64,000 nt of DNA. Origin: Octopus vulgaris. Lineage: Eukaryota. Both the position numbers and the translations under genes were made by a program. The notes below the pieces were generated by a model. It was not told the DNA's origin. It did not search any database and saw nothing but the letters and a program-made list of their open reading frames with translations. This document shows, in pieces, positions 56,967 through 64,000 of this stretch. Numbering within the stretch: the stretch's first letter is position 1; each line of letters begins with the position of its first letter. The DNA lies in contig OX597825.1 in the NCBI GenBank assembly GCA_951406725.2, forward strand, positions 53,754,001 through 53,818,000, in the 5' to 3' direction.

Positions 56967-57169
56967 TCTTTCTTTTAATTGTTTCAGTCATTTGACTACG
57001 GCCATGCAGGAGCACCGCATTTAGTCGATTAAATCGACCCCAGGACTTATTCTTTGTAAGCCTAGTACTTATGATATCGGTCTCTCTTGCCGAGCAGCTA
57101 AGTGACGGGACGCAAACACACCAGCATCGGTTGTCAAGCGATGTTGGGGGGACAAACAGAGACACACAA

Positions 57170-57215
<46 letters not shown>

Positions 57216-57417
57216 TCGCACAACAAATATTTAAACGTACTATATATATATATACGGCGGGTTCTTTCAGTTTCCGTCTACCAAATCCACTCACAAGGCT
57301 TTGGCCGGCTCGAGGCTATAGTTGAAGACACTTACCGAAGGTGCCACGCAGTGGGACTGAACCCGGAACCATGTGGTTGCAAAGCAAGCTACTTACCACA
57401 CAGCCACTCCTGCGCCT
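56967..57417 (-). mobile_element. SINE family B, full-length
   Basis: Colinear and highly similar to 56170-56582. Confidence 0.95.
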
Positions 57418-57610
57418 TTAACTATTCATCGACGAATATTCAAGGCTTTGACGGAACGTATAAAACGCCTTACTTGCCCTCACTTTACAACTAAACGTAA
57501 TTTTTATTTTGTGTCTTTCGTTTTTTACTTGTTTCTTTATTCGCATGAATCGACCAAAGTACTAATTTTTTAAAGCCTGACATTTACTCTTTGTCTGTTT
57601 GCTTCTCTCT

Positions 57611-57678
<68 letters not shown>

Positions 57679-57685
57679 CAAGCTT

Positions 57686-58095
57686 TTTATTTCTTTACTG
57701 CTCACAAGGGGCTGCACTCAGAGGGGACACACAAGGATAGGCAAACGGAATAAGTCGATTATATCGATTCAGTGCGTAACTGGTACTTATTTAATCGACC
57801 CCGAAAGGATGAAAGGCAAAGTCGACCTCTGCAGAATTTGAACTCTGAACATAACGATAGACGAAATACCTGCTTCTTTAGTACCCACAAGGGGCTAAAT
57901 ACAGAGAGAACAAACAAGGACAGATAAACGGATTAAGTCGATTATATCGACTTCAGTGCGTAACTGGTACTTATTTAATCGACCCCAAAAGGATAACAGG
58001 CAAAGTCGACCTTGGCGGAATTTGAACTCAGCACGTAGCGGCAGACGAAATACTGCTAAGCATTTCGCGCTCGTCGTGCTAACATTTCTGACAAC
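57686..58095 (-). mobile_element. SINE family A head-to-tail dimer
   Basis: Two core-and-tail units joined at gaaatacc near 57863-57870. Confidence 0.9.
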
Positions 58096-58104
58096 CTTCT
58101 TTCA

Positions 58105-58260
58105 ATTAGTTTCAGTTTATCGTCAACCAAACCCACTAAAATGCCTTTAGTCTGCCCGAGGATATAGTAGAAGGACACTTTCCGAAGACGCCACGCAGTG
58201 GGACGGAACCTGGAACTATGTGCTCGGGAAGCTAACATTTTACCACATAGCCACGCCTGC
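58105..58260 (-). mobile_element. SINE family B, 5' half
   Basis: cgccacgcagtgggacggaacctggaactatgtg...ttaccacatagccacgcctgc. Confidence 0.85.
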
Positions 58261-59209
58261 TCTAACTTTGTCAAAGTGAATGTGCCTTCACTTTAATAAT
58301 ATTTTCCTAAAAACATTTAACAATATTATCCAGTTATAAACTGTGCCTTTCATTGACGGAAACAAATCAATAAAATCTCGTTTGATTATATATGAAGCTA
58401 TGTGGCTACGAGTACTGTGATAGGCTATTGACTATAAGACCGTGGAATCGAATCCTACGCCGGTGGCACATTATTTTGTAATTGCTCCAGTCATTCAGCA
58501 AAAGTGCTTAGCAGGCTAGTGTTGATGCAGACCCCATTCCTACAGCTGGCATGTCATCAATCTTTCGCTTAGTATGTTTGATCACGCTACATAATCACCT
58601 GAACCATGGAGCAAACGTATGGTACGCATTACCAGGTGATACTCGCTTCTGAGAGACGGAAAATAACAAGCTTATTTATACCAATATTCCAAAAGGGATA
58701 AAACGTAAAGCAGATATTGGGATTTTTTGTTCCTTTGAAAATGAAAGCAGAAGACAAATAGGTTTTGTGTGTATTTGTATTTTGAATGTTACTTAGGTTA
58801 TGCATTTATATTTGTACTTTCTGGTTGCTTTTTAACCCTGAATCAACCTTGATCGATAAAACTTGATCGATAAAACAAGGAATTCCAACCTTGAATATCA
58901 GGTCCATTTCTTTGTATAAGGAACCCAGAACTTTTCCTTCCTAAAATAGATTTACCTTCCTAAATGTGATGTAGTTATTTCCTGCTAGACTTGATCGAGA
59001 GAGGGATGGTGCGACTGCTATTTCCAGCAGGTTGGGTGTGCGTGTACAAGCTACCTCTTTGACTGGTCCACTGGTGCATATCATAGACTGGGGGCATTAT
59101 AGTCTAAAACGTATTTGTTTGAATGTTAGGAGAAGGCGGATCAGTGGCAATATCAATTTTCCTGAACATTGATTTCTAATCAATTATCAGGAGACAACGA
59201 CGTTTGTGG

Positions 59210-59390
59210 GAGGAAACAATCGATTATATCGATCAAGGTTGTTGACCTACACCTATTTAATCGACCGAGGGGGAGGAAACTGAAGGTTGACCCCTACAAT
59301 ATTTAAAATCAGAACATAAAGAGAAGTAATTAAATATTGCATGGCAGTTTGTTCGGCATTATAACGATTTTGCTAACAATCATCCTTAGC
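59210..59390 (-). mobile_element. SINE family A, old diverged copy
   Basis: tcgattatatcga...tatttaatcgacc...aggttgacc...tcagaacataaag. Confidence 0.55.
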
Positions 59391-60504
59391 TTTCCTGACA
59401 ATTAAAGAAAAATGCCAATAGCTGAATCGATAAAGTACGAAATAACCAAGCAATGGCTCGTTCCTTGTAGTCTCTGCTGCTGCCATGTCTAGGAACAAGA
59501 CACTTAACCACCAGCGGTCTCGGGTTTTATATAATTTCGTTCGCTTCCGTAGTGTGACGTGAAATTAACATGGAATTTATTAAGAGAGCTGGCACTGTAT
59601 AAAATAGTAAGACATTTGCCTGAGATATGTTAATCCAATCGCAGAGAAAGTGGAATCTCACAATGGATTATAACAGCAGAAATTATAGAAACACAACGTG
59701 CCTAGACATCTTTGTAATTAGGAAGAATATTAGCCTAACACTGTTTTAGATTCCTAATAATTTTAGAAGAGAAAAAACCTACTGCTCATTAAAATATATT
59801 TATAACGAAATAAAAAGGCGAGGTGGCGCTTATATACAAATTATCAATGTAAGCAACGCGATTCAAATTCTCTTCTACCGTTTGAGAGACCTGTAATAAG
59901 CAGACACCCAATGAAATCAACGAGCTGGTGTGAAGTGCGAAGGCAAGAAATCGATATTTAGTCGCTAATCGACTTTGATGCAGTTACTTCTTCACCCCTT
60001 TTCAATTCTTAGAATTGAACCAGATTCATACCACTGAAGAAAGCAAGGGTACACTATTACAACCAGGTTGCTTTATTAAACGAGTTTCTTGCCACAATTT
60101 TGAATAGCAAAATTTCTCTTATTGCAAACGTCTTACCCAATTCCATTGTGATTTATCGTATGGCTTCTAACAATGATAAATACAGTGTGAATAAAAGTTT
60201 GGCTTGAATTTGAACATGCCACTTATTTGATATGTTTAAAATCAATGATATACATCACTGTAATGAGAAAAGTTCGGCAAAGATTTGTCGATAATTATGT
60301 CATTGGAAATAAAGTTATCGTATTTCTGGAAGGTACACAACTGCACATTGGCATGGACATATTTATTCATACTTATAAAATTATATACAGGTCTATGTAT
60401 ACGTATTAACACACATACACATACCTGTATATACATAGGTAAAATCAGATAAACACTGATATATATATGAGTGTGTATGCATATACATACATACACATAT
60501 ACAT

Positions 60505-60604
<100 letters not shown>

Positions 60605-62551
60605 ATATATATATGTATATATACGACTGGGTCACAAAATATGCAGAGATATGAAGAAAATACATAATTTCAGAAATCGGCAGCTGTTTCATGAATAATC
60701 ATAATACTCCTAATTTACAGAGGGAATATTCAAAAAGTACGTGAAGGGTATACAACCAGTAAAGAGTCCCCTGAAGATTTTACAATAGGTTTCTATGGAT
60801 TTAAACAGTTGAAATAATGGAGACGACAGAAAAAGGACGAGAGAGAGACGAGGAGAATTTCTACGACATAGGAGGGATGAAATAGAGATAGAGTAGAATA
60901 AACAAACAGAAGTGAGTGGGGGTGGTTTCTACACATAGAGGGAATAAATGAATGTAGAAAAGAAAAATAGCAACTGAAGAGAACATGATGAAGTTCGAAG
61001 CAATTTTACACCTGCCGTACGTTTGTGAGAAGCTGTGTAGTCATTACCCTCTATCCAAGGTGTAAAATAATAGTAGGATCTAATGATCCAACTGTTATTT
61101 CACACAGTGTAAGAGTTCATGCTCAGTTTACATACAAAACTAAAGCCATTAATATTGTAACAGACAAATAGAATCTAACGAGGAACGTATCGAAACAAAC
61201 ATCTGAGGGGTGCGCATTTTACACGTTGGGTGTATGATAATGATTTCCCAACATTTCAACAATCTAATACTAGAGTAAATATGTACTTAAACAATTCTAG
61301 TGACTTTAAATACACAGAGCACCGTTCATTCCATTTTTATCCTTTTTCTATTTATACATACTCAACGGATACAGTGGAATTATTGATGTATATCTAATAA
61401 CAAGAGCATTTCCACTGCACGATGACATTAGATATCTAATAACTGTGGACGAGTATTGCAAAAGATAAAACAGAAGCACAAAGACACAAATACGTATGTT
61501 AAAAGCAACAAGCGTCTTTCAGTTCCTCTCTACTAAATCCACTTGGAAGGCATTGGTCATCCCTGGGCTATAGTGAAAGGTACTGGGAACCAAAACTTTT
61601 ATATTATAAATATACATACACATATGTACAGACCCTGATATTACTGATATTTAGCAATGTGTCTCAAGGACAAGAAGTTTCGTGGCTAAGTGCCAAAATC
61701 AGGAAACTCTTAGTCCTTGAATAAATAAACCAAATAGGAGCTTGTTTCGCTGGGATTGGTCAAATTGATGAGAACCCAAGCCTTAAGCGAAGTCAGGTAA
61801 GTTTTCCCTGTTTATATATCTATTACGAATAAGACTCAAACACACACAAATACAGACACACGCGCACGCAAACATACACACTCACACATATATGTATATG
61901 TGTGTGTTTGTGTGTGTGTGTTTACATATATATAAAGTGGTATCAGCGCTTAAGCAGTGATGATGAGTAAACGAATATTAAATTTGTTAAAATATGTTTC
62001 TGACATATCTCAAATTCGAAAGGGAAATTCAGTGCAGTACCGCAAAGAAAAGATTATTATGGCTTCTGCTAAAAGGAGACGCTGAACAGGTATGATGTTT
62101 TTAGAATATTTACCAAAAGTAAGAATGCTTTCTCCACGGTAACTGCGCTGAATTTGCTTTTAACAGTGAAAATATGCTACAAACATATTTTAACTCACCT
62201 ATAACTCGTTTATAATACATTAATGCTTGACGCTAATACCATTATAAATATTCTGACCAGGCTGTCCACAACTGTTCTAACTCATTGCTATCGTCTGTTC
62301 TAAGATAAAAGTACGTCTTTACTATCTGTTTATGGTTGTGTCTTGTGGGTATCTCCTGGCTAATGAGCAAGAGATGTCTTTGGTAGTCCGCTAGAGGAAG
62401 ACATATAGCAGATATGGGGTTTTACTCATTTTATCAGAAGCGAAATTTTTTTTTCCTCCGTGGTAACTCCATTGAATTTGTCTTTAGAAGTTAAAATATA
62501 TCAGAAACATACTTTAACTGACCTAAATTCATGTGTGTGTGTGTGTGTGTT

Positions 62552-62583
<32 letters not shown>

Positions 62584-62839
62584 CGCGCGCGCATACAGGC
62601 ACACGCATACATACACATGTAATATTTTTAGATATATATATGAGTTGCAAAGGAATAGTATGTTCTTTTATAATGCAACAGTCGAAGTATTAAAATGTGT
62701 ATGGAGTTGTAAAGTATAAATTACGAACATTGCAGTGCAATAAATTGGTATTTCGATATTATTTTATACATGGCAGGTAAAATATTTTAACTTCATAAGT
62801 TTGAATGTTGCCGTAAGCTATATAAGTTTTCGTATTAAT

Positions 62840-63590
62840 ATATATGTATATATAATTTCTTTTTTAAATGGAATAAGAACGTAACGGACAATTAAAGCAT
62901 ACGGACAGATAGACGATACAAAGACAGACAGGAAAAACCAGGATGGGTCATCTGCGGCCCTCTATTCATCAGTGAAGCTTGCAATTAACATTACAGTTTC
63001 AGCCTGTTACACTTCAGACTATTCAAAACTGGTAACCCCACCCCACAAAAAATCTAAGATAAGGGCATTAACGTTTTGGAAGAAAGCAGGCGAATGTGTA
63101 CAGCACAGACAAAAAAATAACGGAGAAGATTACAAAGACAAACAACAAAAGAAAAACAAAATGTGTCTTTTGACTAATAAAGACAAGTTAAGTTCAGCTG
63201 GCGTGAGGAGTGAAAGCCTTGTAGCGCAAACATAGAGGAAATTCTGAACACAGAAAATCAAGGTGTTGCACGGGTACAGGTCAGGCCAAGAAGGAAAGAT
63301 CATACTTGGCCGAACACCGGTCACGTGGAAGGAGTAGAGAGAGGTAGGGGCAAATTGAAGAATTAGGGAAGAGAGAATGTGAGAGAGACACAGAAAAAAC
63401 GTACATATGAGATAATGAAGGAAAGTAGAAAGTTTAACGAAAGAGAATGCCAAGCAACGTGTGAGATGGGAAGCGAGAAAAAGGAAGAAGGAAAGGAAGA
63501 AGACAGTATAAGGGGGACTAAACGAAGGAGAAATAAAAGTTATACAGAATTTAGATACATATTTACTTACAAGCATATATATTGCACCTG
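62840..63590 (-). mobile_element. Diverged relative of the 30045-31020 element (one repeat plus spacer)
   Basis: Shares gggtcat...tcatcag, ctaag...gcatta...ttgga and ggtcacgtg followed by a purine-rich tract. Confidence 0.6.
62956..63036 (-). ncRNA. Hammerhead-like motif, non-canonical strand order
   Basis: Minus strand: ttaccagtttt-GA-atagt-C-tgaagt-gtaaca-ggct-GAA-actgt-aat-gt-taattgcaa-gcttca-CTGATGA-atagag-ggcc. Confidence 0.6.
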
Positions 63591-63629
63591 TCATGTATAT
63601 ATATGTGTGTGTGTATCTATGTATGTATC

Positions 63630-64000
63630 TCTATATATATAAAACTGAGAATGTGTGTCTGTCTGTCTGTGAGTGTGTTTCCCTAAAACTTGAGAACTAC
63701 ACAACCAATTCCATACAAATTTTACACATGCATTACTAAGGGTCCATGTAGTTTCATGGGCAAAAATAATGTTCAACTTCTTGCCTAGGGCGAGGTCACA
63801 GCAATGTCATATCTTCTGCACTATTTCAGTATTACGCGTTAAAAGTGAAACAAAAACATCTCTCTATTGTATGTATATGGATGTATATATATATATATTA
63901 CAGAATATAAATTTATATCTTGAGATCGTTAGTGACAACAACGCTCAAAATATATAACAGACTGGAATAGTAGTGCTCAAATGAGCTGTATACACTTTTT
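63630..64000 (+). mobile_element. Non-autonomous Helitron-like element, 5' end
   Basis: TCTATATATATAAAA start, (GTCT)n, then aactacacaaccaattccatacaaatttt, a layout typical of such elements. Confidence 0.65.

Noticed and set aside
60970-61010. CTGAAGA-GAAC(8 nt)GTTC-GAAG hammerhead-like motif
   Set aside because: A15.1 is replaced and stems I and III are poor; could be chance

Overview
AT-rich, repeat-dense eukaryotic DNA, intergenic or deep-intronic. The SINE families and the very high (TA)n/(CA)n/(TAA)n content resemble octopus genomes, but this is recall, not a search result. No host protein-coding gene could be supported, and most ORFs in the track are microsatellite artefacts. The window contains decayed transposons: at least seven Tc1/mariner remnants (one nearly intact DD34E transposase), R4/Dong LINE pieces beside (TAA)n arrays, RTE, Tx1/L1-like and CR1-like LINE pieces, Penelope-like (PLE) remnants, two tRNA-derived SINE families in many copies, and non-autonomous Helitron ends. 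The main result is a set of hammerhead-ribozyme-like motifs. Four sequence-divergent copies (25515-25593 +, 30737-30813 -, 45817-45893 -, 62956-63036 -) carry all three hammerhead strands with covarying helices, but in the reverse cyclic order, which fits none of types I, II or III. Stem III is extended through an internal loop that matches the kink-turn consensus in two copies. These motifs sit in small non-coding elements next to (TA)n tracts, one of which has an LTR-like direct-repeat layout. Canonical type I hammerheads and a G3:C8-swapped core variant are also present. All structures were paired by eye and none is tested. Boundaries of decayed elements are approximate.
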